From the human T2T-CHM13v2.0 reference genome, Homo sapiens: a DNA stretch of 64,000 nt. Each line of letters opens with the position of its first letter. Within the stretch, counting starts at the first letter, position 1. Shown here piece by piece: positions 37,155 to 54,080 of the stretch. A model generated the notes under the pieces. It did not search any database, was not told where the DNA came from, and was given only the letters and a program-made list of their open reading frames with translations. The position numbers and the translations under genes were made by a program. The DNA is taken from assembly GCF_009914755.1 (NCBI RefSeq), contig NC_060932.1; one strand, 5' to 3'.

Positions 37155-38626
37155 TTATTAACTTTTTGCCTACATTTTAAACTAACTCTGCTTATTCCTG
37201 TGAACAAACCAGCAATCTACAACTGCAGCTCAGAAGGAACAAAAGGAATGGGTAATGTAAAAATCTGGATCGATATTCTAGTTCTGAGCAATTATCCTGC
37301 AAATCCTGCCAAGTGACGGGAATAAATAGGGTGCCCATAGTCCAGAGGTTTCTTTTTGGGACAGTAAGACCAAGGGAACTAACCAAAGCCAAGCCCCATG
37401 CACCCGAATCTTAGCAAGCATAATTCTAGCTACCAGTTATCTGGGTGTGTCACAAGACATCCTTTTCTCTCCCTTGTTGGAGGAGGACTCAATTCCACAG
37501 CTTTGCCTTAGCATTCGGCTTATGATAAAAAGTCCATGCAATCCCCTGAGACACATTTTTGTCCAAATTCAGTTCCAAGTTTAGAGTCAAAGCCTTAGGA
37601 AAGAAAACTGGATCATAGGAATCCAGAGGCAAACAGTAAAGGAAGTTAAAAGGCATAGCACACGCGAGCTTGACTAATTCCTCCTGTTTCACGGATAAAT
37701 GTCATGCTAGTATTCATGGCATAAATGAGGTCTAGGGAAATTGAAGGCCACTGACAGCATGGGAAATAGGAAATACGTGGGTAAGAGCTTTCTGTGTTGT
37801 AGACACTGCAAGATCATCTGAAACTTTATTTTGGAATCACCAAGCTAAAACAGCTTGTTTCAAAACTGAAGTGACAGAAAATCATTCAATCTGTTTTCCT
37901 TATCTAAAAAGAGAGGAATTGGACCAGACACTTTCTTAGGTATAAACGTTATAGTTCTAAAATATTCAAAAATATTCAACCTGAAATTTGCTTTTTCTCC
38001 TGTAATATCTTAAATGGCAGTATTAATATGACTAATGTTATCTAGAAAGTATAAAAATCTTCTTTGTCATGAAAGAGCTTCTGTATAGTATAAAAGTAAA
38101 ACAAACCTAAATAGCCATATCTACTTGGCATGTAGCATCTAGAATTCACACTAAGAAAAGCCCTCTTCCCAAGTGATGCCCCACTCCCAGCAAGGATGAC
38201 AGCAGCAGAGTGATAATTGAGAAAGGAATTTTATATGCTGGAAACTATTGTCTGTGTTACAGTTATAATTTAACATCAGATTAAGAATATGAAAAATGCC
38301 AGTTTGTCTGGTTTCAGAGAATAATGTTAACACATAATTATTCTGCTACATGAAAGTCATTTGTATAGATCGTCATAGTCTGGGAATAGGAATAAGTATC
38401 TGAACGCAGAGTTTTTAAGAAGAATGAGGCACCCAGGCATCTGTAGTCTGTTTACTTAGTGGTAATCTACTTTTTTTAGGGTAGTGTACTAAACTAGTTG
38501 GCTACCCAGTGTTGTAAATATCCAAAGGCCAATGCCAGCATGTGCTTACTTAACCTTGCCCTTTGAGTTAGTTCTGGACATCAGCTATACAAATTAACTT
38601 TCATCCTATTAGCCAAGTTCAAATAA

Positions 38627-38923
<297 letters not shown>

Positions 38924-39351
38924 TAAATGAAGATTAAAGATCAGCATGATTGTTAAGAAGAACATTAGGAAACCAATACTTACACAGAACAATACACCAC
39001 AGAGAGTGGGAGTATAGTTCGGCACACCTGTCCAAATTGTTTGGCAATTCATATTCAAATGCTCTGGGGAAAAAGTGCATGCAATTTAATCCAAAGATTT
39101 ATTTCGAGGAAATAATTGGACAAGAATATAAAGGACGACATACAAACATGCTCATTGCATAAGTGGTAAACTCAGAGATTTCTCGCTAAATATTTAAAAG
39201 TTAAGGCCTAAAGTCTCTGTTGTGAAATCCCCCTAACTGAATGTAACAATCAGGAGAGGGGGCATCCTCTTGCTACAGCTCCAGGAGAGCTGACCAAGCT
39301 GTGTTATTCACAAGAGGAGTAAGAGGATCATGGCCTGAGCCCAGGAGGACC

Positions 39352-39462
39352 ATGGCTTGAGCCCAGGAGGTTGAGGCTGCAGTGAGCCAAGATCGCACCA
39401 CTGCACTCCAGCCTGGGCAACAGAGTGAGACCCTGTCAAAAACAAAAAGAAAAAAGAAAACA
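39352..39462 (+). mobile_element. Alu right-arm fragment (AluJ/FRAM)
   Basis: gcttgagcccaggaggttgaggctgcagtgagcc... with A-rich tail. Confidence 0.8.
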
Positions 39463-39500
39463 AATCGACTCATTTCAGGTCTTTGGATAAAATATGCCTA

Positions 39501-39896
<396 letters not shown>

Positions 39897-39989
39897 TTAT
39901 ATTCTTTTTTAAAAAAAATCTCCTAATCGTCTACATTTGCATTATGGTCAACTTACTATGTGCCTTGTTAGGCAGTGTGGAAGAAACTA

Positions 39990-40810
39990 CTGGTACCACC
40001 TGTATCTGTGATTCCCTTGCTGGACAGGCAGCTAGACCACATTTCCCAATGCACCCTCCTCTTGCAGTTGGGTGGGACTTGTGCCTGAATTCTGGCCAGT
40101 GAAATTTAAGCAGATATGATATGTGATGTCAAGAGCCAATTAGGAAAACAGATATAAAGCATTTCTAGTAACAGAAAGTTAATGCAGATTATTGCTTGCA
40201 CAGGTATTGGAAGGGCTCAGAAAGTAAAAAGAAGAGTAAAGTGATGAAATACACAGATTAGTAATGTCAGAAAGCACCTACCATGTACATGATTGGAAGA
40301 ATAATGGGAAGAGTTGGTGTCACCAGAGACCAGAAATGTAGAGGAGATGCCACCTGGGTGGTGCTTGGGACCACAGAGAAAGAGCCCTTGAGCTGTTGCT
40401 GGATCCACTGAAAGATGGAGGGACCACCACAGAGCACTGCTGGGATCATGAGGAAGAGGCCCCTAGCAGGTTCTGGGACCACGAGCAGGATCTGAGTGCT
40501 GATGCTGAGACTGAGGAAGTCAGCACCGGGAATGGGCTGTGCCCATTGGATAATGAGACAGTTAAAAGACACTTTTCCATAGCTGGCTGCTTCTGAAAGA
40601 ATATTGACACAATGAAGGATGTGTTCCTTTTCTTTCCCCCCATCTTCTAATCTCCCACTATCTTCTCATTGGTAGAAAGAAGTTGACCAGAAGCCAGCTA
40701 GCAAAAGAGTCTGAGAAATAAAGTTTCCAAGGCTCTCAGCCCAAAAATACGTATCCAGGCACAGAAGAGAGAGGTGGGCATAGGGACTGAGAGCAAAGAG
40801 GCAGATGACA
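39990..40810. mobile_element. Old ERVL/MaLR LTR remnants
   Basis: gctagaccacatttccc...ttgcagttggg...ttctggccagtgaaa; cattggtagaa...ccagaagccagctagc. Confidence 0.45.
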
Positions 40811-41178
40811 GGTGAAAGGCCAACTGCTGAGAGCCTGGAATGCCATGCCAAGAGGTTTGGATTGTTCCTGAGGCAACAAGAGGCTTTCCGAAGAAGAAAT
40901 AAATTAGATTTCCTGGAAGTCTAACTGTACCTGAGTTTTAACAATATTTAAATTGAAGAGGAAGAGAATGTAATTATGACCAAACTTCATTTTATTATCA
41001 TACAACACATTTTTCTTCTGTTTAAAAATACATACTTACAGTGAAAAATTTGAGAACAACATAAATTATTAAAAAGAAAATAATCCTGCCATCTAGAGAT
41101 TGTCACAATTACTATTTCAATATAGTTCCTTCTTTTTGTCTAAAAATACATGTTTTTAAATATTAAAATGATAAAGTA

Positions 41179-41480
41179 GGGCAGGTGCAGTGGCTCACAC
41201 CTGTAATGCCAGCACTTTGAGAGGCTGAGGCAGGAGGATTGTTTGAGCCCAGCAGTTCGAGACCAGCCTGGGCAACATTGTGAGATCCCATCTCTAAAAA
41301 AACAATTAAAAATAAAAAAATTAGCTGGGCATGGTGGTGTATGCCTGTAGCCCTAGCTACTCAGGAGGCTGAGGTGAGAGGATCGCTTGAGCTCAGAGTT
41401 CAAGTCTGCAGGGAACCATGATCACGCCACTGCCCTCCAACCTGGCTGACAGAATAAGACCCTATGTCAAAAATAAAAAT
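41179..41480 (+). mobile_element. AluJ
   Basis: Dimeric Alu. TSD approximately aaaatga(t/c)aa(a/g)gta. Confidence 0.9.
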
Positions 41481-41777
41481 AAAATGACAAGGTAAAAATA
41501 TTTTATAGCTTTTTCTTTAACCAACATATTGTATTTCTTTATAGGGTAACTTTAATAATTGCATAATATTTTATCGAATAACATACACTATAAATTACTT
41601 AACCATTCACAACATTGTTAAACTTGGAACAGGATGATAAAATGGAAGTTTTCTAGACCCTGAGGTGTTTAGATATCAGATACCAATGTGATTTGTAAGA
41701 CAAACTACTCTGTAAAAATATCAAAATAATTGTCTGAAAACTTGCTCATAACTTTTGAATACCTTATCCTCATCTAG

Positions 41778-42206
<429 letters not shown>

Positions 42207-42649
42207 TCTCTTTTTGTTCTTACATCAAGAAAGTTGGCCCTCAGTGGAGTCACTCTGAGGGCTAATATGATTCCGCTGTAATTAGGGGGATGTAGTAGAC
42301 TAGCATCTAATTCTTGGTTGGAAAACATACCAGGCAGAGACCTGTTGATGAGCTGCTTTATGGCAAGAGGAGAGGAGGGAAGCTGAGTGTCTCCACTCTC
42401 AGAGCTTGTTAGGGTAAAAAAAATGCTGGGTGTTTCCCGTGAATGAGATTCGGAGCACATTTGTAAAAAGAGCTAGCCTGGAGCTGCCTTAAATTCGGTC
42501 CAAGGGAAGCTGTCTGGAGGGATCCGGTTCCAAAAAAAGTCTGTATGAAGCAGACCATGTTGTGGGCAGAAGTATGTCTTCTACAGACCACAAATAGAAA
42601 ACAGGAGTTGAGGGGGCAGAGTTCAGCTGTTGGAAAATACATCATCTAT

Positions 42650-42842
42650 AACCGTGCTTTCTCAACTGGGGATTATTTTGCACCCTTGGGGACATTTGAT
42701 AATGTCCAAAGATATTTTTGGTTGTCACAACTGATACGAGCGTTACACTCACGGGTAGAGGCCAGATATGGTGATTAACATCCTATACGAGACAACAATT
42801 ATCTAGCCCAAATGGCAAGAGTGCTGTGGTTGAGAAACCCGG
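42650..42842. mobile_element. MER20 hAT DNA transposon
   Basis: ttctcaactgggg...ggggacatttg...ttttggttgtcacaactg...gttgagaaaccc. Confidence 0.8.
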
Positions 42843-43364
42843 ATCTATATCATGGAGAAGGAGAGAAAGAGTCAGTACAGTATTAAACATCTGTCAAAAA
42901 ATGGATTGTGGGATGATTGCATAACTCTATTAACATATTAAAATTCTAAAAACCATTGAGACGTACACTTTAAATGGATGAATTATTACATATGTGAATC
43001 ATATCTCATATAATAATTTATAATTTTCTACTATAACTTTATTTCTATAATATGGCAATGCCCATTGTTTTATAAAAACATCATTTTATAAAAATAAATT
43101 TATAATAAAAAAAGTTAATATGTAACCAATACATTGAATAACCAGGACCCATGGAAGTTAATCAGAAGGAAACTTTATTTTTATATCCTAGTATGGCTTT
43201 ACAATCTGTCTATTGGAAGAAATTCTTTCCCAACCACTGGAAAAATTTTTTAAAATCATTCCCATGATCCCTTATTTTCAGCAAAACAGTCTTGATTTAG
43301 AAATTACAATGTTTAGTCCTATGTAATAACCACAACTATGAATTTAATTTAAATTGTCACCTGA

Positions 43365-43428
43365 AAGACTTTCAGGGATCATTTCTATCGTTTGTTACCA
43401 GAGAAGTTTCTCTGAATGTATAGAGCAC
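43365..43428 (+). pseudogene. 3'-truncated U3 snoRNA (SNORD3) retropseudogene
   Basis: aagac-tttcagggatcatttctatcgtttgttaccagagaagtttctctgaatgtatagagcac matches U3 nt ~1-69 (AAGACTATACTTTCAGGGATCATTTCTATAGTGTGTTACTAGAGAAGTTTCTCTGAACGTGTAGAGCAC). A-rich tail. TSD aaattgtcacctga / aaattgcacttga. Confidence 0.9.
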
Positions 43429-43639
43429 AAATAATAACATTAAAAAATAACAAAAAAAAAATTGCACTTGACTCCCAGCTTGGGCTTTCTGTAGTTAGAA
43501 AAAGGAAAATTAACTGAAAATTTCACTCATTTCACACCATCTTCTTTATGGCCCTTTCAGGCTTTAAAAGGATAAGGAGAAGAGGTTGAAGGATGAAAGA
43601 TAAGGAAGAGCCAAAAAAAAAAAAAAAAAAAAAAAAAAA

Positions 43640-43968
<329 letters not shown>

Positions 43969-44019
43969 CTACTGATGTAACTTCATGCTTACATCTTATG
44001 ATAACTTTACGTGTAACCT

Positions 44020-44900
44020 TTTCAGGAACTGTCAGGATGTTTTCCAAGGTAGGTGAAACGTTTCATATTCTTACCAGCAATGTATGAGGATTCTGACTTC
44101 TCAACATCCTCATCAACGCTTGTTATTATCTGACTTTTTTATTGTAGCCATACTAACAGGTGTGAAATGGTATCTAATTATGATTTTGATTTTCATTTCC
44201 CTGACGTCTAATGATGATGAATATATTTTCATGTACTTATTTGCCATTTGTATCTCTTCTTTGAAGAAATATTTGTTTATATCCTCTGCTCATTTTTAAA
44301 TTGAATTATCTGTCTTTTTATTACTGAGTTGTAAGAGTTCTTTATATATTCTAGATGTAAATTCCTTATCAGACACATGACTTGTAAATATTTTCTCCCA
44401 TTCTCTGGGTTGTCTTTTGACTTTCTTGCTTGTGTCATTTGAAATGCAAAGATTTCTAATTTTGATGAAATTCAATTTACTTTTTTGTTCTGTCACTTGT
44501 GCTGTAGGTGTCACATCTAAGAAGGTTTTGCTGGTACCAAAATCATGAAAATTTACTCTTACATTTTCTTCTATATGTTTTATAAGTTTAGCTTTTACAT
44601 TTAGGTTTAGGTCTTTTACGTTTAGCTTTAACATTTGACTTAATTTTGTGTTTTAAGTGTGAGGGAGGGATCAAACTTGATTCTTTTGCATGTGAATATT
44701 CATTTGCCTCAACATCATTTGTTGAAAATATTATTTTTCCCCATTGAACAGTCTTGGTACCCTTGTTGAAAATCAACTGACCATCAATGAAAAGTGTTTA
44801 TTTCTAGGCTCTCAATTCTAGTCCATTGATCTATATATGTCTATCCTCATGCCAGTACCACATTGTATTAATTACTGTAGTTTTGTAGTATGTTTTAAAG
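44020..44900 (-). mobile_element. L1MB/MC ORF2 C-terminal remnant
   Basis: Minus-strand peptide ...KVKRQPREWEKIFTSHVSDKEFTSRIYKELLQL... Confidence 0.85.
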
Positions 44901-45211
44901 TTCAGGTTATTTCCTTAGGTATCTAGAATCACTGAGTCAAAGAGTATAAATGTTTTTAAAGATTTTGATACATGTTGATAAACCTTCTTCCAGTAAAATC
45001 AAATTAGTTAATAAATCTACCAAAAGTAGACCATATATTTCCAATGAATCACAATTTTTATATTTCAACAAAATTGGCAAGTTATGAATCTGAAATAGAT
45101 GCAGCAGTGTTACATTAATGGATATAAGGATCTAGTATGCAACTATATTAATTTCCTGTTGCTATTGTAACACATTGCCACAAATTTAGTAACTTAAAAT
45201 AACACAAATTT

Positions 45212-45985
<774 letters not shown>

Positions 45986-46094
45986 TAATCAGGATAGTCT
46001 CTCCATCTCAAGATCCCTGATTTAATCATATCTGTAAAGTGTCTTTTGCCTTATAAGGTAACATTTACAAGTTCCAGGGCATAAGACATAAATA

Positions 46095-47366
46095 GGAGAG
46101 GTCTTCAAAAAACTCACAGAAAATACATATTATGAAAAAACTATGCATGGACTTTAAGTTTTTTTGCACCAAAATAAGCTCGTACTAACTTATTACAACA
46201 TGTCTAAACAGAATCTAGTTTAAGGCACTAAAAAGGATAAGACATCAGTTTGAGAAAAGCCCCTATCACAGCAACACGAATTCTGCTAAAATTAACACAA
46301 GAACAAACATAAAATTTGTGGTGAAGCTTAGGTGAGAGAAGACGAAATCATTAATGCTTTACAAAAAGCTTACAGGGACAGTGCCTCAAAGGAATCAGAG
46401 GTTACAATTGGATATTTGTTTTAAGAAGGGACAAGACAATGTTGAAGATGAAGCCCTGAATGGCAGACCATCCACATCAATTTGTCGGGAAAAAAATGTA
46501 TCTTGTTCATGCCTTAATTCAAGAGAAGTGACAACAGCACAAACAATAGCCAACACTATAGACATCTCAATTGATTTCATTCACATAATTCTGACTGAAG
46601 AAACAAATTTGAACAAACTTTCCAGTCAATGGAAGCCAAAACCATTGCATGCAGATCAGCTGCAGACAAGAACAAGCTTCAATGGAAATTTTAACCAAGT
46701 GGGATCAAGATCCTGAAGGATTTCTTCAAAGAATTGTAACAGGAGGTGAAACATGGCTTTACCAGTATGACCCTGAAGACAAAGCACAATCAAAGCAATG
46801 GCTACCAAGAGGTGGAAGGGTCTATCTAGTCAAGAGTAAAAGTCATGGTAACAGTGTATCAGGATGCTCAAAGCATTTTACCTGTTGATTTTCTGGAGGG
46901 CTGAAGAGCAATAACATCTGCTTATTATGAGAGCGTTTTTGAGAAATTTAGCCAAAACTTTAGCAGAAAACATGGAAGAAAACTTTATCAGAGTGTTCTT
47001 CACCACCACGACAATGCTCCTGCTCATTGCTCTCATCAAACAAGGGGAACTTTGTGAGAGTTTTGATGGGAAATCATTAGGTATTTACCTTACAGTGCTG
47101 ATTTCACTCCTTTCAACTTCTTTTTGTTTCCTAATCTTAAAAAATCTTTAAAGAGAGCTCATGTCTGTTAGTAATATAAAAAAGACTACATTCACATGGT
47201 TAAATTCCCAGGATTTTCAGTTCTTTAGGAAGGGACTAAACAGCTGGTATCATTGCTTACAAAAAAGTATCTTGACCTTGATGGAAGTTATGTTGAGAAA
47301 TAAAGTTTATCATTTTATTTTTATCTTTTAACTCCATTTTTCCATAAACTTTTTGAAATTCCTTCA
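46095..47366 (+). mobile_element. HSMAR2 mariner transposon, near full length, transposase pseudogene
   Basis: TIR-like ends ggagaggtcttcaaaaa... / ...tttttgaaattccttca with TA on both sides. Peptides RIVTGGETWLYQYDPEDKAQSKQW, HHDNAPAH and PYSADFTPFNF. Confidence 0.9.
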
Positions 47367-47931
47367 TATGTTTGGGAACCATTATTCAGTCAGCCACAAA
47401 AACCTTTTATAGATACTCTATAAATTTATTCACAAGTAATAAACTTTCACATTCTTTAGTTGTTAAATCAGTGTAATGACATAAAATTACAACTAATTCC
47501 ATTAAAATTAACCTGCATTTATTGATGGTACAACCAGGAAAAAAGCTGAAGACCATATATTACAATGAGGTAATTTTGTGATATCTGCAGTCATGAGCCA
47601 GAGAGGTCACTGGGGAACAAACATACAGTAAAGGGGGAAACTTACTGAGCCTCACTGATAAAGGACCTCTGGGCCACAGCACGAGGGAGAAGATTGTAAG
47701 TTACAGTTTTTGCAGACTGCTCTAAATACCATAGGTAATGCCACATAAGTGCATGTGATCAGAAGTGTGCCATAATTTTTTATTACTTCAGCTGAATACC
47801 TGAAAGTTGAGAACTACTGGTAATTGGAAAATTACTTATCCAAATTTCTTAAAGTTCTATATTGTAAATTAATGGCTCACAAAGTACGGTCCAGGTACCA
47901 CCTGTTATTTCCAAGGACCTCACAGTTATAA

Positions 47932-48255
<324 letters not shown>

Positions 48256-48684
48256 TTAAGTGTTTTTAATAGATCATTGCTTGTTTTGTCATGTAGCATA
48301 AGTCAATTAATTTTCCATAATAATTGATAGATGTCACCTTATAGGTGTTGCATTAAATCAGCTCTAGACTTGCAACAAGTTGATCTGCTTTTGTTTATCA
48401 GCAGTAACACAATGAAGAGATTGAGAGGGGAAATCAAAGACACCTTGAACACCAAACTAAGATCTAAAGTTTGAGAACTAGTGGATTTTTTAAAAGGCAA
48501 TTTAATTAATTTCACTTTAGCACCACCTAGTGGAAAGTTTGAAGAAATAAATTGGATTTTTTTCTGTCTTTCAAACAAGGAAAAATGTAAAGTGTCCTGA
48601 GTTCATTTTAAAGTCAGCTCAAAGTAAATTGCACTTCCTAAAGTGATCCAGGAAACGAATATGCTCCATTTAAAAACAAGAAGC

Positions 48685-48790
48685 CCTGTGGTCTCAACTA
48701 TTTATGAAGCTGAGGAGGGGGATCACTTGAGCCCAAGAGTTAGAGTCCAGCTTGGGCAACATTGTAAAATCCCATCTCAAAAAAAAAAAA
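48685..48790 (+). mobile_element. Degenerate Alu monomer (FLAM)
   Basis: ggatcacttgagcccaagag...cttgggcaacattg...catctcaaaaaa. Confidence 0.65.
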
Positions 48791-49372
48791 CTGGAAGCAA
48801 CTTTATATTTGTAAAACTCCTTTTTTTCTAGTTATAAGTTGAAACTTACCCATCTTATGTATTTTACAAAGTAAAAAAGTCTACTAGGTTAAAACTCATT
48901 CATAATTCCCCCATTCAAGTATGTATGTAATTTCAGACATTTTTTTCTATGTCCATGGGTGTACATTTACATTTCAAAATGGAGTTTATGTTGTAGTACT
49001 GTTTTCATTTAACACTTCGTTGGTTACATCAAGCTATTAAATATCTATTACAATGTTTCATGGATGGATTCAGTTAAAATATATGTAATTTGAACATATA
49101 TCTTGGCAAATAAGCAAAAGAGAAAACTTTGAAAAAGATAGGCTGGAAGTTGAGTCTGAAAATTCTATGAACTAGATAAGCAACCTCAGGCTAAATCTGT
49201 TGAAGGTCAGTTTGTTATCAATAAAACTTGAATAAAGTCAATTTCATAAGGTTAATAGGAATAAATGGCACATTGTGCAAATAAAAAACTAGTATACAGA
49301 GATAATTAATAAATAGTAACTATAGCTATAAGTTGGTTGATGCAAATTTAATAGATATAAAAATCATTTAGC

Positions 49373-49668
49373 TGGCCGGGTGTGGTGGCTCACACCTGTA
49401 ATCCGAGCACTTTGGGAGGCTGAGGTGGGCAGATTACTTGAGGCTGGGAGACCAGCCTGGCCAACATGATGAAACCACTAAAAACAAACAAACAAACAAA
49501 CAAAAATTAGCTGGGCATGGTGACGGGGGCCTATAATCTCAACTACTCCAGAAGCTCAGACAGGAGAATTGCTTGAACCCGGAGGTGGAGGTTGCAGTGA
49601 GCCGAGATTGCACCACTGCACTCCAGGCTGGGCTACAAAGCAAGACTCCATTTCTAAATAAATAAATA
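49373..49668 (+). mobile_element. AluS
   Basis: Dimeric Alu with (AAAC)n linker and (TAAA)n tail. Confidence 0.88.
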
Positions 49669-49860
49669 ATTTAGTTATGCTGGAAAGTCATTCCATGGTT
49701 ATTAAAATTAATCTGTCACAACTAAGCCTTAAAACTTCTTTATTTTGAAGAACATTCATAGAATTTGCTTAAAAATTAAATTGATTTAATAAAATGTTAA
49801 ATTTTTATAGCACGCATGTTTTATTAATATAATATCTGTCTGAAATTAAATAAAAATGAG

Positions 49861-50015
49861 AGCTGGGTGCAGTGGCATGGGCCTGTAATCCCAGCTACTC
49901 AGCAGGCTGAGGTGGGAAGATTGCTTCAGCCCAGAATTTCCAGGCTACAGTGAGCTACGATAATGCCACTGCACTCCAGCCTGGGTGACAGAGTGAGACC
50001 TTGTCTCTAAAAAAT
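49861..50015 (+). mobile_element. FRAM/Alu monomer
   Basis: Single right-type arm with A tail. Confidence 0.8.
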
Positions 50016-50433
50016 AAGTAAAATGAGTCAAATGCATACCATTTTATGAAGTTGTAAGAATAATGTGGTTTCAGCTTTTACTTCTATGTATTTAATTACT
50101 ATACATCTAATGTCATGATCTGTCATGACATACTTCATATGTCTTCACTCTTGGACATATTTAGGGCATTTAAAAAATGAGATTAAACAAGTAAACAATA
50201 TGAATATATTGTTACATGTGTTTTTAAATTTTAACTAATGTATGTGTGGTGAATGTTCATAGTTTCCATTATTTTCTTATTTCTAAACTGTTATGATCAT
50301 TATCTGTATTTATACATCTTTGCATGCAGCCAATGCAGAAATGAAATTGTAAAAATAGTGACCAATTTTTTTTAATTTTTAAAAAAGAAATGAAATTGTG
50401 GGAATAATGGCAAGTTTAGAGTAGCGATTATAA

Positions 50434-50735
50434 CTTTTTTTTTTTCTTAGAGATAGAGTATCATTCTGTCACTGAGTCTGGAGTGCAATGGTACAATCAT
50501 AGCTCACTATACCCTCACACTTCTGGGGTCAAAAGATCCTTGCAACTCAGCCTCCTGAGTACCTGGGACCACACGCATGCACCATTATCAGCCGGCTAAT
50601 TTTTGGTATTTTACATAGTGAGGGGGAGGTGGGGGATGCCTCAATATGTTGCCCAGGTTGGTCTTGAACTCCTGTCCTCAAGCACTTCTCCCACTTTGGC
50701 CCCCCGAAGTGCTAGGATTACAAGCATAAGCTGCT
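50434..50735 (-). mobile_element. AluJ (diverged)
   Basis: Antisense dimeric Alu with J-type features. Confidence 0.8.
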
Positions 50736-50934
50736 GTAACTTGCCATTATTCCCACAATTCCCCAGCCTGTGCCAGACAGGTTGTTCTTTAAGGAATCAT
50801 CCCACAAAGGCAGAGGTAACTCCTTAAAACAAATTAAAAGTAAGCAATTTTATGGTGACCACTAGTAATCTCTCTTATGATCCAGCTAGATCCAGGTGTT
50901 GAGTTTACAATACCTAAAAGAATATTCGGAGTAC

Positions 50935-51355
50935 ATCCTAGTTCAGGCTCTGTGGAAATAACGTCTGAGATGGTGATCTGCACACAGGGAGTTTATTGGG
51001 GCGTGCGCTCAGGAGGAACACCTATAGGGTGCCAGGGAAGTAAACTGGGCAGAAGTTAAACTGTGATGCAGCAGCTGGAGAGGCTTCAGTCAATCCCAGA
51101 GAGAGACCTGGAGCTGGATCGCCCTTCAGAGATGAAGGAAAGAAGGTCACCTGTGCCCTCACCCCAACCAATAGCTGGATGGAAGCTGTCTCCAGGGAGA
51201 GGACGTAACCTTGGATAAGTCAGCCTCCTTCTGCTAAGGGTGATTTCTGAAGAGGAACTGTGAGACATCAGTAGCCAACAGTGTGAGCAGCTGGGGAAAT
51301 GAGTGTGTCAGTCCTGAAGGGCCAGATCTGGAAAATACACCACAGCAGCCAGCAC
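50935..51355. mobile_element. MLT1 (I/J-like) LTR
   Basis: ctgagatgg...gtttattgggg...ctgggcagaagttaaactgtgatgcag...ggagctgga...cccttcagag. Confidence 0.55.
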
Positions 51356-52150
51356 AAAGTATAAATTCTCTGTCAGTCTTCCCAGAACATGACTTCTCTC
51401 ACTCAGCTGAGATATTGATAACATCTCAGCAATTGATACATAATGCTTGACCGTTACTGAAACTGCAGATTTTCTCTGCTGTCACTTAAATAGACTCATG
51501 TGTGTTATCAGGCAAGTCAGAGGTCTGACATTCTCTGTGAAAACTGAGAAAACTAACCAAAAATTGCATCTGAATGAAGGCCACTACTTCTCCAAGGAGA
51601 TAGATGATCCAAAGAAGTATGTATGCTGAAGGTCAGATCCAGAATCTACTTATAATTTTTTTAAATTTCTTTCCAAAAGGTAGATAAACAAGGGCTTGAG
51701 GTCCTGAAAGTCCATTCTACATAGCATGGCAGCTTGGCCTCAAAAATTTCAGCCTGCAAAATGAGGAGGCACTCTGAGGTTTCTAAGCTTCATTCAGTTA
51801 GAATAGAAGGTAGTCGCTAAAGACATTCAAAGAATCAGCAGTATGTTGAGAAGGAAACTAGCTAACTGCATTAATCTTGATCAAGATGAAGACTTGCCAT
51901 AAAATGCACCACAAGTCCTGAAGCTGGTGAAAGGAAGTTTCTTCATAATTATAGTGTTCCTTAATGTTTTCTGTAGACTCCAAATGGAGTTGGAGGAATT
52001 CTATTTCCCCCGATGATTATGCTTTAACAGGATCTATTTTTCTCTTTTGAATTCCTAGGGCATCCTCTTAGATATTCAAACAACATTTCTCCATTTCTTG
52101 GATACTGGAGTGTACATGACAAACTTTATGTTCTGTATTGATGTGCCTAA

Positions 52151-52568
<418 letters not shown>

Positions 52569-53219
52569 GGTGCTTTCTTAACTTCTCCAGGTATGTTGGG
52601 AAAGATTGCCTTCTCCACTTGGTGTAGTCACTATTAATTCCTCCAACTGTCAGCCCCTCTCAGTCCATTCCTGGCCCATCTGTCCTGTGGCATCGCCCTA
52701 CTGTGCTCCCTCTCAGATTCTCATTTCCATCAGTCAGCGATTCTGAGTATATTCTAAGTGCATTCAAGTCTAATTATGTAAAAGAATCATTTCTCCAAAG
52801 AAGCAACATAATTCTGCTAAAGCCTATTCTGATCATCTTTATAAGTTATTATTTTTTTGATTTCACGTTTCATAAATTATTTATGAGGTTGAACATTTCT
52901 CACATGTTTATTGGTCATTTGGGTATTTTCTCTGATGAATTCCTGGCTATTGTCTTTGCCCATTTTTCATTGAAAATGTGTTTTTATTTCTATTGATTTG
53001 TACGTGACCTTTATCCATTAAGGATATCAATCCATTTTTCCTCAATCTGTTTTTTTTTTAGTAAAATGTAGAGAAAAATAATGACTTACCAAAACGACTT
53101 CAAATTTAACCTTTGCAATTGAGTTCAACATTCTCCCATCACAAACTGACATCTTTTTAAATATGTTCATAAATCTGTCTATGATATCACCGTTCTTCTC
53201 ATCTCTAAGCTTGGAATTT

Positions 53220-53490
53220 TCTTTTTCCTTTTTGTTTTTAAGAGACAGAGTCTCACTCTGCTGCCCAGGCTGGAGTGCAGTGTTATGATCATAGCTCTCT
53301 GTAGCCTCAAACTCCTGGGCTCAAGTAATCTTCCCATTTCAGCCTCTGGAGTAGCTGAGACAACAGATGTGCACCACCATGCCTGGCTATTTTAATTTAA
53401 AATTTTTTGTACAGATGGGGTCTGGCTACGATGCCCAGGCTGGTCTCAAACTCTGACCTCAAGCAATCCTCCTGACTCGGCTTCCCAAAG
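53220..53490 (-). mobile_element. AluJ
   Basis: Antisense J-type Alu. Confidence 0.85.
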
Positions 53491-53789
53491 TTGTAGGGCT
53501 AAGGATATATCTATTTGTTATGTACTAAATGCTTATAAATTATTTATATTATAAAATATAGACAAGCATTTTACAGTATGATATAAAGAAGAAATAATTT
53601 AAAATCGTTTAGTTTTACTAATGGTATAAAGATACTTTTTGCTCTTACTATTAATATTTTTGCTGAGTACTGAGTGAATATGCATAATCATTTTTATTTT
53701 GAGTAATCATTTTTCAATACAACAATCAAAAGTTAAATTGTAAGTTCAGCTTATTTTGATAATCAGCTGTATTTTTAAAAGATACCTCT

Positions 53790-54080
<291 letters not shown>

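Noticed and set aside
40360-40500. Recurrent ctggga(c/t)ca motifs
   Set aside because: Short, irregular and inside an old LTR remnant; not a defined array.
46354-47151. Mariner transposase as a domesticated gene
   Set aside because: It is fragmented across frames and two of the three catalytic aspartates are lost.
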